This document shows positions 9,628 through 18,210 of a stretch of DNA of 64,000 bases, piece after piece. How positions within the stretch are numbered: the stretch's first letter is position 1; each line of letters begins with the position of its first letter. The translations under genes and the position numbers were made by a program. The notes under the pieces were generated by a model that saw nothing but the letters and a program-made list of their open reading frames with translations, was not told the origin of the DNA and made no database searches. Source of the DNA: a virus (Duplodnaviria > Caudoviricetes). The stretch is taken from positions 64,001-128,000 of IMG/VR virus record IMGVR_UViG_3300035502_000313, one strand, 5' to 3'.

Positions 9628-11508
9628 ATGCAGAATATTTATTGTGGTCTAACTACATTTAATAGCACTACAATTAAAAGAGAAGATTCACAAATTACTA
9701 TATATGGTGATGCACAAAACTCTAGCATTGATCAGACATTTATCAAAAACCTTGCTAGTTGTGTAAATAGTATTTCTATTATTGAATTGAAAGAAATAAC
9801 AAGAGTAGAAGATTATGCATTATCAAATCTTCAAGTAAGTAAGTTCGAACTTATCTTACCTGATACATTACAGTACATCGGAAAGTATGCTTTTGAAAAC
9901 TGCACTGCAATGAATAGTATTGTTATTCCTTCATCTGTCACATATATTGGTGTAGGTGCATTCTATAATTGTGGTTCATTAAACCATATATATTTCAGAG
10001 AAGGTACTACAATAGATTATATTCCTGAACAATTCTGTTCTGGTGGTGGTTTAAATAGTGTCGGAATAGCATATAATGATGGCACGTTTACTCCAGATGA
10101 TACAACAGAATTCCCAGCTTCTATTAAGACAATCAATAATAATGCTTTTAAGGATTGTATGTCTATGGGTAATAATCTAATTATTGGAGACAGCGTAGAA
10201 AGACTCGGTGATTATGCTTTTTATGGAACAATATTTGATAATATTACTATAGGCACTGGTATTAATACTGGTGATGACGAAAACTCTTCTGAATTTGATG
10301 ATGGTGGTTATACTACAGATAGAGAAATCACTACACCATATACATTATATCTATCATCTAAGCGTCAGTTTAGATATAAACGTATTGATATTACAGAAGA
10401 TACTCCAGCAGGTACTATATTCTTACTTAATGTGGATAATTATGTTGAAGATGAAAGTGTTGGCAAATCATATACTTATAAGACTTCTGATGATGATTTT
10501 AAGTTCTGCTTGAATAGTAATCATGTATTAGTATTTAAGAATGGATTATTATTACCTGATACATATTATTATCTACATTCTATAATAAACAATCCTATTA
10601 ACGATGTAGGTATAGTAATTAATGTATCTCTCACTAAAGATGATTATATTGATATTTTCTATGTTACTAACGACTTAAAACACATAGAAGTAGATTATTA
10701 TGATATGGCTAATAAAGAGAGATACTTAAAGAATGGTGATATAAGAGTAGCATCTAATAATGCTACAGAATATCGTAATATGGGTGATACAATGGAGAAT
10801 AAGTATAATAATAAAGTAGTAAATGCAAACTATATTAAACTACGTTCTCCATTATATGCAATATCTAGTAAGCATTCTTTATTTGTATTCTTAAATGGTA
10901 AGAAAGTAAGACTTGAAGAACTAGAAGATATTTCTGACACTATATTGAGTATAAGTTCAGATTATGCTAGATCTTCAGACGTTGAAGATAATACTATGAA
11001 TGCTGTAAGACTAGAAGTATTAAATCATCTTGATACACAGGATATTATTGAACAACTTTATATTAATGATGGTTTAAGTCATAATGATAAAACCATTTAT
11101 GAAAATCAATTTATTTTAAAGAATCAAAAAAATGTATATAAGAATACATTATTAGTTAATTCCATAGACTTAACTAAATTGGAATCTTATGCTAAACGTA
11201 CATTATTAGATGATATTTTAAATGATTTATCTGATGAGAATCTTAATAAGTTATTCTATGAGTATAATACTGGTCAAGGTCCTATAACAGAATTAGATGA
11301 ATCAAAGATGAATGAACCTGATTTTGTTAAGAAAGATGTTGTAATTAATTCTATTATAAATAAATATTATGAAGTTACAAATACTAGTAAGAATCCTACT
11401 AATACATCTACATCCGATTCTGAAGTTTCTGATGATGATACATTGATTTATGCTAGTGACGATTTAACAACAATTCCTGACGGTCATGACGGAAATACTG
11501 AAACTTAA
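9628..11508 (+). CDS. BspA-type leucine-rich-repeat (LRR_5) protein fused to virion-protein-like domain
   Basis: LPDTLQYIGKYAFENC, IPSSVTYIGVGAFYNC, FPASIKTINNNAFKDC and IGDSVERLGDYAFYGT repeats; then SSKRQFRY...VFKNG...VFLNGKK. Confidence 0.75.
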   Translation: MQNIYCGLTTFNSTTIKREDSQITIYGDAQNSSIDQTFIKNLASCVNSISIIELKEITRVEDYALSNLQVSKFELILPDTLQYIGKYAFENCTAMNSIVIPSSVTYIGVGAFYNCGSLNHIYFREGTTIDYIPEQFCSGGGLNSVGIAYNDGTFTPDDTTEFPASIKTINNNAFKDCMSMGNNLIIGDSVERLGDYAFYGTIFDNITIGTGINTGDDENSSEFDDGGYTTDREITTPYTLYLSSKRQFRYKRIDITEDTPAGTIFLLNVDNYVEDESVGKSYTYKTSDDDFKFCLNSNHVLVFKNGLLLPDTYYYLHSIINNPINDVGIVINVSLTKDDYIDIFYVTNDLKHIEVDYYDMANKERYLKNGDIRVASNNATEYRNMGDTMENKYNNKVVNANYIKLRSPLYAISSKHSLFVFLNGKKVRLEELEDISDTILSISSDYARSSDVEDNTMNAVRLEVLNHLDTQDIIEQLYINDGLSHNDKTIYENQFILKNQKNVYKNTLLVNSIDLTKLESYAKRTLLDDILNDLSDENLNKLFYEYNTGQGPITELDESKMNEPDFVKKDVVINSIINKYYEVTNTSKNPTNTSTSDSEVSDDDTLIYASDDLTTIPDGHDGNTET

Positions 11509-11598
11509 TTTATAGCAAACAATATATTATAATCATACCTTTTCTGAGGTACCATGATATAATTATGATTACTAATTTTGCTAAGATATACATTATAA

Positions 11599-11631
11599 AG
11601 AGAGATGGGCTATTATAAATCCCATCTCTCT
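11599..11631 (+). terminator. 11-bp hairpin, probable terminator
   Basis: AGAGAGATGGG/CCCATCTCTCT perfect stem, weak U-tract. Confidence 0.55.
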
Positions 11632-11721
11632 ATTCATTAATTGTGAACAATCTAGTAAATGATATAATATTACATTTAGTATAGTGAATAGATAATATTC
11701 AGAAAGGAGCTTAGAAAAAAG

Positions 11722-12552
11722 ATGGACGAAGTTACTACAACAATTGCAGAGAATGCTCAAAATGCTGATGTAGCTCAGTATTCAGAACTTATTAGCACTT
11801 ATGGGGCATCTACAGTAATTCTGGCTGTATTCTTGGTTGTATTGTTAGCCATGTTTGGATATATTCTTAAAAATAACCAAAAGACGAATAATCAGTTAAT
11901 TAAACAGCAACAAGAGCTTGTTAAGAAGCTAATGGAAAAGGAAAATGAAACAGCTAAGAAAGCTGAAGAACCTATAATTCAGCGACCAGTTGTTACTAAA
12001 GAACCTGACATTGTACAGATATTCCTTGATATAAACTCTGGTATAAAGAGTATATTGAAGGATATTTCAGAAGAACTTGATACTGCCAGAGCTGCAGTAT
12101 ATGTGTTTCACAATGGTGTTTATAGTTCCCATGGTCTACCATTCTTTAAGATTTCATGTGTCTGTGAAGTTATTAAAAAGAATTGTGGTGTGGTAAAAGG
12201 AATTAATTCACAGACAGGACTTCCATTACAAATGTTTGATAACAGTATCTCTTATATGTATAAGAATGGCAAGATAAGTATAGGTGATACTGATGATGAA
12301 TCTAATGAATTTGTTCATGATTCTCCAGTACTTATAGGAATGCTAAAAAGCAATAATATCAAATCAGCTGTAAGTATATCAATATATGATAATGATGATA
12401 ACATAGTTGGTATAGTTCTAACTGAATTTACAGAAACACATGATAAAGAATTTATGGATAATATTCAACAGAAACTAATCAAAAAAGCTCCATTGTTATC
12501 ACCAATTCTTGAGTATTCGGGAATTTTTAATAACAATGTAACTAATAAATAA
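11722..12552 (+). CDS. single-TM protein with GAF-like C-terminal domain; candidate holin
   Basis: One TM helix (aa ~30-48), coiled coil, then ARAAVYVFHNG...IKSAVSISIYDNDDNIVGIVLTEF (GAF-like); AACA-N6-TA at 11646-11657. Confidence 0.55.
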   Translation: MDEVTTTIAENAQNADVAQYSELISTYGASTVILAVFLVVLLAMFGYILKNNQKTNNQLIKQQQELVKKLMEKENETAKKAEEPIIQRPVVTKEPDIVQIFLDINSGIKSILKDISEELDTARAAVYVFHNGVYSSHGLPFFKISCVCEVIKKNCGVVKGINSQTGLPLQMFDNSISYMYKNGKISIGDTDDESNEFVHDSPVLIGMLKSNNIKSAVSISIYDNDDNIVGIVLTEFTETHDKEFMDNIQQKLIKKAPLLSPILEYSGIFNNNVTNK

Positions 12553-12570
12553 GGTATACCTCCATGCTAA

Positions 12571-12609
12571 ATGCAGACGGGGTTCATCCTCGTCTGCATA
12601 ACTTTTTTT
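12571..12609 (+). terminator. intrinsic terminator
   Basis: ATGCAGACGGGG/CCTCGTCTGCAT stem plus T-tract. Confidence 0.75.
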
Positions 12610-12613
12610 GAAA

Positions 12614-12630
12614 TGTATACTATAGAAGTG
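12614..12630 (+). promoter_or_regulatory. putative early promoter (variant)
   Basis: TGTATACTAT-AGAA-GTG. Confidence 0.45.
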
Positions 12631-12708
12631 TTATAGAGACACGCAAGTAATTGCTATCCCCTAGGCAGTCAAGGTAAATCATAAAAAGAAAGTAGAGGTT
12701 AATTTAAA

Positions 12709-13566
12709 ATGAAAAACAAAAACAATATGAGGACCATGATTCGTAATATTATTAAGGATAATTTTATTCCAATCATGGGAATAATTGCATGTGTAATTGT
12801 TATCTTTTATGCATGTGTAACCTACATCGCAAGTGGAGTGGAAGAAGATAAAACTTCTGCTCGTGAAACATCTACTGTAGAGGTTGTTACCACTACAGTT
12901 GTAACAGAGACTATTGTAGCTACAAGCACCACCAGTCTTCCAATATCTACAACAACCACATCGACTACTACAACAGAAACAACAACGACAGAAGTTAGTA
13001 CAACAGAGGACATAAATGAAACGACGGAAGAAACAACAGTTTATATAGAAGAAAACACCGAACCAGCATACGAATATTTATTCTATGCAGAATCAATGAG
13101 AGTCCATAAAAGGAATTGTGTATACGCAGATACATCCTGTATGGAAATCATTTATGGGGATTATATCGAGGAAGCACGTCCTTGTGAAACATGTAATCCC
13201 GATATTACTATAGGAAATCTCTATGTTCCTGAGACAACAAGTTATTCTGAAACATCATCATCTTCAGGACTTACAAGGAACTGGACTGTTACAGAAATGA
13301 CATATTATAGTGGCTCATACGGGTGCATTGGTGCATCTGGAAGAACACTTGTAAATAATTATAGTGTCGGGTGTAATTCAATACCGTTAGGCACTATCAT
13401 ATACATAGAATCATCTGATGGTTCTGTGGATGGGTATTATCGAGTAGATGATACAGGAGGAATGGGTAGTAATGTTATTGATATATTCTACTCAGATTAC
13501 TCTAACACACCCTATTCGTTTAGACAAGCAGGAAGGGTATCCTGTACAGTATATATTGTGGATTAA
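12709..13566 (+). CDS. membrane-anchored 3D-domain (MltA-like) cell-wall protein with Thr-rich linker and Ada-like Zn motif
   Basis: N-terminal TM, poly-Thr linker, HKRNC...RPCETCNP, then TYY...GASG...IPLGTIIYI...YRVDDTGG...VIDIF. Confidence 0.75.
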   Translation: MKNKNNMRTMIRNIIKDNFIPIMGIIACVIVIFYACVTYIASGVEEDKTSARETSTVEVVTTTVVTETIVATSTTSLPISTTTTSTTTTETTTTEVSTTEDINETTEETTVYIEENTEPAYEYLFYAESMRVHKRNCVYADTSCMEIIYGDYIEEARPCETCNPDITIGNLYVPETTSYSETSSSSGLTRNWTVTEMTYYSGSYGCIGASGRTLVNNYSVGCNSIPLGTIIYIESSDGSVDGYYRVDDTGGMGSNVIDIFYSDYSNTPYSFRQAGRVSCTVYIVD

Positions 13567-13681
13567 ATGAGTAGGGTTCTCTATAACAAAAAATAAATAG
13601 GGGTAGTTTAACACTACCTTTATTTTTTAGTATTGAAAGTATACCAATGCCACCATACCTTAATTGGTATGGTGGCTAATA

Positions 13682-14044
13682 TTAATCGCTAGTTACTTCA
13701 CTAGAACTATCGGAAGAAGAAGATGTACCAGCATCATAAACTACAAGTAGACGATCCATATCTACTACACATGTAGGTTCAACACTAATTACATCAAGTC
13801 CATCAAGGGCAGCATCAATTGTCTTCTGTGCTTCTACAGCATCATTAATAGAGAACTGTACAATCTTTACAGCAGGAGTTGTAATCTCAGATTCACCATC
13901 ATAGAGAACAACAGCCATATCACTCTGACCGTTAGATGTAACCTTTAGAGATACAAAACCCTCAAGATCTTTAATCTGTTCATTAATCTTCTTTTCAGCT
14001 TCAACAATATCAGCACGACCGATATGAATTAATAGACTCTTCAT
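13682..14044 (-). CDS. hypothetical protein with two internal ~55-aa repeats (Cse60-like)
   Basis: Repeated pattern strand-helix(E..IN/ID)-strand-(AVVLYD/LLVVYD). Confidence 0.6.
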   Translation of the reverse strand: MKSLLIHIGRADIVEAEKKINEQIKDLEGFVSLKVTSNGQSDMAVVLYDGESEITTPAVKIVQFSINDAVEAQKTIDAALDGLDVISVEPTCVVDMDRLLVVYDAGTSSSSDSSSEVTSD

Positions 14045-14064
14045 AATATTACCTCCTTATTATA

Positions 14065-14595
14065 TTACTCTTCAGAGAAAAGAATAATCATATTATTATC
14101 ATCAAGCATAAAGCTGTCATATGGTTGTAAACCCCATTTATCATCCTCATCAAGAAGTTGCAGTATCATAGAAAGACTACGTGATCCACTAACTGGATTT
14201 GCAGGATTCTTTACAATCTTAACTCTTGGATTTTTAGCAGCTTTATATTCGAAAAGAATAATATACATATATTCAGATGGATGACAAATAGAAATAAATG
14301 ACTTAGGCTCATCTTCAGCAATCTCCATCTCTAAAAGAGTATCATTAATGATATCTTCTGTTTTTCTCATATCCTGAGAACCACGAATAACCTTTACACC
14401 AATCTCAGGTGTATCAGTACCTTTAGAATCTTCTTTCTCAGCAACAAGCATATACTTATTAGCATCTAAAGTTTTAATAAGGCCAGCAAGCCAAGTAACA
14501 GCATTATCCTTACCAATCTTTAGAATGGCTTCATTAATTTTTTCCTCATTATCCTTTTCATTTAAAGACATAGGAACTAAATAAACTTGTTTCAT
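14065..14595 (-). CDS. hypothetical protein with three internal repeats, probable paralog of 13682..14044
   Basis: VKVI...EDIINDTL...MYIILFE-type repeats; AACT-N6-TA at 14641-14652. Confidence 0.6.
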   Translation of the reverse strand: MKQVYLVPMSLNEKDNEEKINEAILKIGKDNAVTWLAGLIKTLDANKYMLVAEKEDSKGTDTPEIGVKVIRGSQDMRKTEDIINDTLLEMEIAEDEPKSFISICHPSEYMYIILFEYKAAKNPRVKIVKNPANPVSGSRSLSMILQLLDEDDKWGLQPYDSFMLDDNNMIILFSEE

Positions 14596-14728
14596 AAACA
14601 GGATTTACCTCCTTATATAACAACTTAACATCATCATCTTTATTATAAAGTTTCGTTAAAAAATAAAAAATATAAACCACTAAGTAATGAAAAAATAAGC
14701 CACCCGATACGGGCAGCTTATATTTTTA

Positions 14729-15067
14729 TTAGACCCAGGAATACACCTCCTTTCCTGTACGAAGATTGATGAGTATCTGCAGATACTCACCCTCTTCGTT
14801 TTCAATATCCGTTATTATCTCCAGGATTCGTATCCTGGAGATATCATTGTTTTCTATTCCATCATAACCTCCGAAGAGGTGATCGATGGAAATTCCATCA
14901 TATTTCCCGGGTCTTTTATAATACCCAGGATTCGTCCCGAGCATCACGTTGAGATACCCGGGATAATAAATGAACTGCACCGGCTTCCTTCCATAGTAAT
15001 CTATGAATGCTTTGTAGATGTTGTGGATGATTATTTTGTTCATTTTCTTATTCATTCTTTTATTCAT
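14729..15067 (-). CDS. hypothetical protein (putative early gene)
   Basis: ORF with AAGGA RBS, its own early-type promoter (15180-15196) and a downstream hairpin (14693-14728). Confidence 0.65.
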   Translation of the reverse strand: MNKRMNKKMNKIIIHNIYKAFIDYYGRKPVQFIYYPGYLNVMLGTNPGYYKRPGKYDGISIDHLFGGYDGIENNDISRIRILEIITDIENEEGEYLQILINLRTGKEVYSWV

Positions 15068-15080
15068 AACTGTATTCCTT

Positions 15081-15181
15081 TTCCCTTAATCGTTGGGAAC
15101 GTAGACTTTCATCTACGCCTGATGCTTTGCGTAACATGTATGCATCGACCATGCTAGAAGTAATAATTTCTTATTCTTCTA
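15081..15181 (-). ncRNA. structured 5' leader (GAAA hairpin, H-type pseudoknot, GAAA hairpin, RBS-proximal hairpin)
   Basis: TAGAAG-AATAA-GAAA-TTATT-A-CTTCTA; GCATG/CATGT crossed by GATGC/GCATC; CGTAGAT-GAAA-GTCTACG; TTCCC/GGGAA. Confidence 0.5.
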
Positions 15182-15237
15182 CCTATATTATATATAAGTA
15201 AAAAATCAGAGGTTGACAAATAGCCAACCTCCAATAA

Positions 15238-15537
15238 TTAATCTAATATTACACCATACCAATCTTCAGCTAGAATATCTTCACAAGAAGGAGACCATAT
15301 AGAGAATGACCCATCTTCACATCTAATCTGGAAATATGGATTTACTTTAATTATGCTACCTTCTTCAATATGTAATGCTACAGCAGTGTTTTCGTTACAG
15401 GGAATTCCCTCAGGATATCCCTTCTGATAAATCACATATACATCTTTATCTTTCCAGCCTTTTCTTGCTACTTTAATTCCATTCTTAAGATACTTTATAG
15501 CATCTCCAAAATCAAAAAATACTTTATCTACTTTCAT
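15238..15537 (-). CDS. DUF2829 / Tad2-like anti-defence nucleotide sponge
   Basis: FGDAIKYLKNGIKVARKGW...PYFQIRCEDGSFSIWSPSCEDILAEDW signature; ATG 15537 after GGAGG. Confidence 0.8.
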   Translation of the reverse strand: MKVDKVFFDFGDAIKYLKNGIKVARKGWKDKDVYVIYQKGYPEGIPCNENTAVALHIEEGSIIKVNPYFQIRCEDGSFSIWSPSCEDILAEDWYGVILD

Positions 15538-15551
15538 ATTATCCTCCAAAA

Positions 15552-16268
15552 TTAATAATACAATTCTTTTATAAATCTTGGATCATTATCAAAGTTATAT
15601 ACAAACAATGGATTAAGTTCATAGAATCTCCATCCACCACCAGTAGTAGCTTGTTTACCAAGTAGACAATCTGAAATATGTCTAGACTCCAATCCATGAT
15701 TCAATCCGAACTGTAACTGATTATTAGTTAAATACAACTGTCCATTAGGAGCCTGAGCAATAAACTTTCTAACTGTTATTGAATTTCTTGTTTGATGAAT
15801 AGGTGTAGACCATGTTATATTACCTCTAACATATCCTAAGTTATTATCTATTCTCTCTATAGAAATTCTCTGATTAGGATACATTGTCTTAGTCTGTATA
15901 TATGATGCATACATATCATCAAAGAAATCAACAAATACATCATAATCTGTAGTTAATCCTCTACCACCATATCTATGATATTCACTATTATTAGGATTAT
16001 AGATACGGTCTTTCATATGAGCCCATACATCATAGAATTTATGATCTACAGATTTCTTTAATCCAAATCCACATACAATATTATGTAATGATGAATTAGG
16101 ATTGTTCTTTAAGTTCTGCTCACTTACTTCTCTTGTACGATTACATTTAGTACAGCGTACATAAAACATTCTTCTGTCGTTCTTTGTGTCTCTATAGGCT
16201 CTTAATAAAACCATATCTCCTATAGTTTCACCTGGTTGTAACGGAATATAATTAGCGTGTCTTGACAT
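15552..16268 (-). CDS. free-standing HNH-type (homing-endonuclease-like) protein
   Basis: CTKC, WAHMKDRIYNPN...RYGGRGL...SIERIDNNLGYVRGNITW...QTRN; AACA-N6-TA at 16294-16305. Confidence 0.75.
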   Translation of the reverse strand: MSRHANYIPLQPGETIGDMVLLRAYRDTKNDRRMFYVRCTKCNRTREVSEQNLKNNPNSSLHNIVCGFGLKKSVDHKFYDVWAHMKDRIYNPNNSEYHRYGGRGLTTDYDVFVDFFDDMYASYIQTKTMYPNQRISIERIDNNLGYVRGNITWSTPIHQTRNSITVRKFIAQAPNGQLYLTNNQLQFGLNHGLESRHISDCLLGKQATTGGGWRFYELNPLFVYNFDNDPRFIKELYY

Positions 16269-16366
16269 ATAATGTCCTCCTTTAAATTTATTTTATAAAT
16301 ATGTTATTTAATTTATAAAATAAATATCCACCGCTAATATACATTACGAATGCTACACTTTTAAAA

Positions 16367-17581
16367 TTATTCTCCGAATGCCTCCATAGCGTCCATTACA
16401 GTAAATTTCTCTGTACTGTCATGAAATGCTTTCATCATAACATTCTTAACTGAACTAGCTAATTGAGGGGTAGCAGTACCGATGTTTGGTGTATTGAGCA
16501 AATAGTATATATCACCAGCACACTTGTTACAGATACATTCATTTTTACATAGAGAAGAGAAACGCATCTTTACTGTCTTATTCTTATATTTATCCATATT
16601 AGTACTATCTAGACGGATTAATTTATTACCTTCTACTATATAAGAATACATTAGAAGATTCATATGGTTTTTATCTAAGGTTACTGTAATAGTACGTTTA
16701 GTACCACAATCACTACCTTTAGGACCTAGTTTAACATGTTGGAATGCTAATAAGAATTTCTTTTCTTCATATCCCCATGTTGCAGTTTTTCTTGCACGAG
16801 AATATGGTCCTGCTGCCAATGAGTTAGACATAGCAGCATAATCATCTTTAGAGATACCTTCTGAATAACATGATTTAATAATATTATATCCCTTTGTTGG
16901 GTCTGGGTCTTTTGTAGCACCTTTAACTACATACATGTTTTTAAAGTTGTTTGATAAGTCCGCACCAGCACCAGCTTTGATATTGTCCCAAGCAGGATCA
17001 TCTTTTAGTTTCTCTTCACAATAGGCTAATAACTCATCTTCTATTTTCTTCATTATAAATGCATCGCCTGCTGCTAATTCTTTCTCATACTTTTTGAACA
17101 ATTCTTTTTTCTTTGGTTCTATTGTTTTTGAGATTAATAACATGTCTTCTGAAGAAGTTGTGCAAATTACTGTTGAGTAGTTCATAAACTTCTGACAACA
17201 TAAAATCCATTGTTTAAACTGTTCTACTGTAACTCTATCTTCCATAATAGCAAGAGATAGTTTATCATTTATATCACCATATACACCTTTATTTACCGGT
17301 TTATTGATATATCCAATCTCATCAAAGATTCCTGAATAATCGATACATCCTTTATTAAAGAACCATGCTCCGACAGTAGTAACAAATTCATTCTTATTGT
17401 TATGATATGTCTTTGGAGGTACCTTCATTACATCATATGTATTGAACTTCTTTTTACCATTGAACTCACCAAAGCATTCCATAAATACACTTGTCTTTAA
17501 ACAATCTTCATTAGAAAGTGATAAGATATAATCACGTTCTGTATCTGTAATCATTCTAGATTTTCTTTTCTTAACAGCCAT
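16367..17581 (-). CDS. phage multisubunit RNA polymerase beta' C-terminal half (virion-RNAP type)
   Basis: Bridge-helix-like GPYSRARKTATWGYEEKK, SDCGT, Zn site RFSSLC..CICNKCAG, trigger-loop-like NVMMKAFHD; ATG 17581 after AAGGAGG; AACA-N6-TA at 17609-17620. Confidence 0.85.
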   Translation of the reverse strand: MAVKKRKSRMITDTERDYILSLSNEDCLKTSVFMECFGEFNGKKKFNTYDVMKVPPKTYHNNKNEFVTTVGAWFFNKGCIDYSGIFDEIGYINKPVNKGVYGDINDKLSLAIMEDRVTVEQFKQWILCCQKFMNYSTVICTTSSEDMLLISKTIEPKKKELFKKYEKELAAGDAFIMKKIEDELLAYCEEKLKDDPAWDNIKAGAGADLSNNFKNMYVVKGATKDPDPTKGYNIIKSCYSEGISKDDYAAMSNSLAAGPYSRARKTATWGYEEKKFLLAFQHVKLGPKGSDCGTKRTITVTLDKNHMNLLMYSYIVEGNKLIRLDSTNMDKYKNKTVKMRFSSLCKNECICNKCAGDIYYLLNTPNIGTATPQLASSVKNVMMKAFHDSTEKFTVMDAMEAFGE

Positions 17582-17706
17582 ACTTAATTCCTCCTTAATT
17601 GGGTATTTTATACTATTGTTGAATTCCATGATAATTAACAAGATAACCATATATTATAAAAATGGAGAAATGGCAACTCTCTAATAATAGAAAAGGAGGT
17701 TATCAT

Positions 17707-18162
17707 ATGGCAGTTATAATAACACCTATGGATAATAAACAACAACAGCCGACACCTAGATATGTGTCTATAACAGAGGCTATGCCTTTAAAGAAAGCAA
17801 GCGTAAACATAATACCATCAAAGACTCTTATAATCAATGAACTCAATGTTACTATTGTACAAGACTTTGATGAAGAAATCGATTTTAAAATCGATACAAA
17901 ACCTGGAGTGTTATCTGATAATAAAACTATCCCTAAGCTTGATATAACAGCAAAAGAGGATATTGAATTTGATGAGGACTTAACACTCGCAAGATTAGAA
18001 AGTATTATACGTCGTTGTGGTATATTAGATGATTATAAAGGGTATTTTACTAATGATCCTGAGATAATAATCAATCAATATACTCTTACAATTAAGAAGA
18101 CATATAGATATTTTAATGAATTCAGAGAAGGTATTATGATAGCTGGTGACATTGTAAGTTAA
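17707..18162 (+). CDS. hypothetical protein
   Basis: ATG 17707 after AGGAGG; early-type motif at 17648-17664. Confidence 0.65.
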   Translation: MAVIITPMDNKQQQPTPRYVSITEAMPLKKASVNIIPSKTLIINELNVTIVQDFDEEIDFKIDTKPGVLSDNKTIPKLDITAKEDIEFDEDLTLARLESIIRRCGILDDYKGYFTNDPEIIINQYTLTIKKTYRYFNEFREGIMIAGDIVS

Positions 18163-18210
18163 AACAGTGTCATCAACTTATGAATAATAACTTAACTAGG
18201 AGGAAATAAC

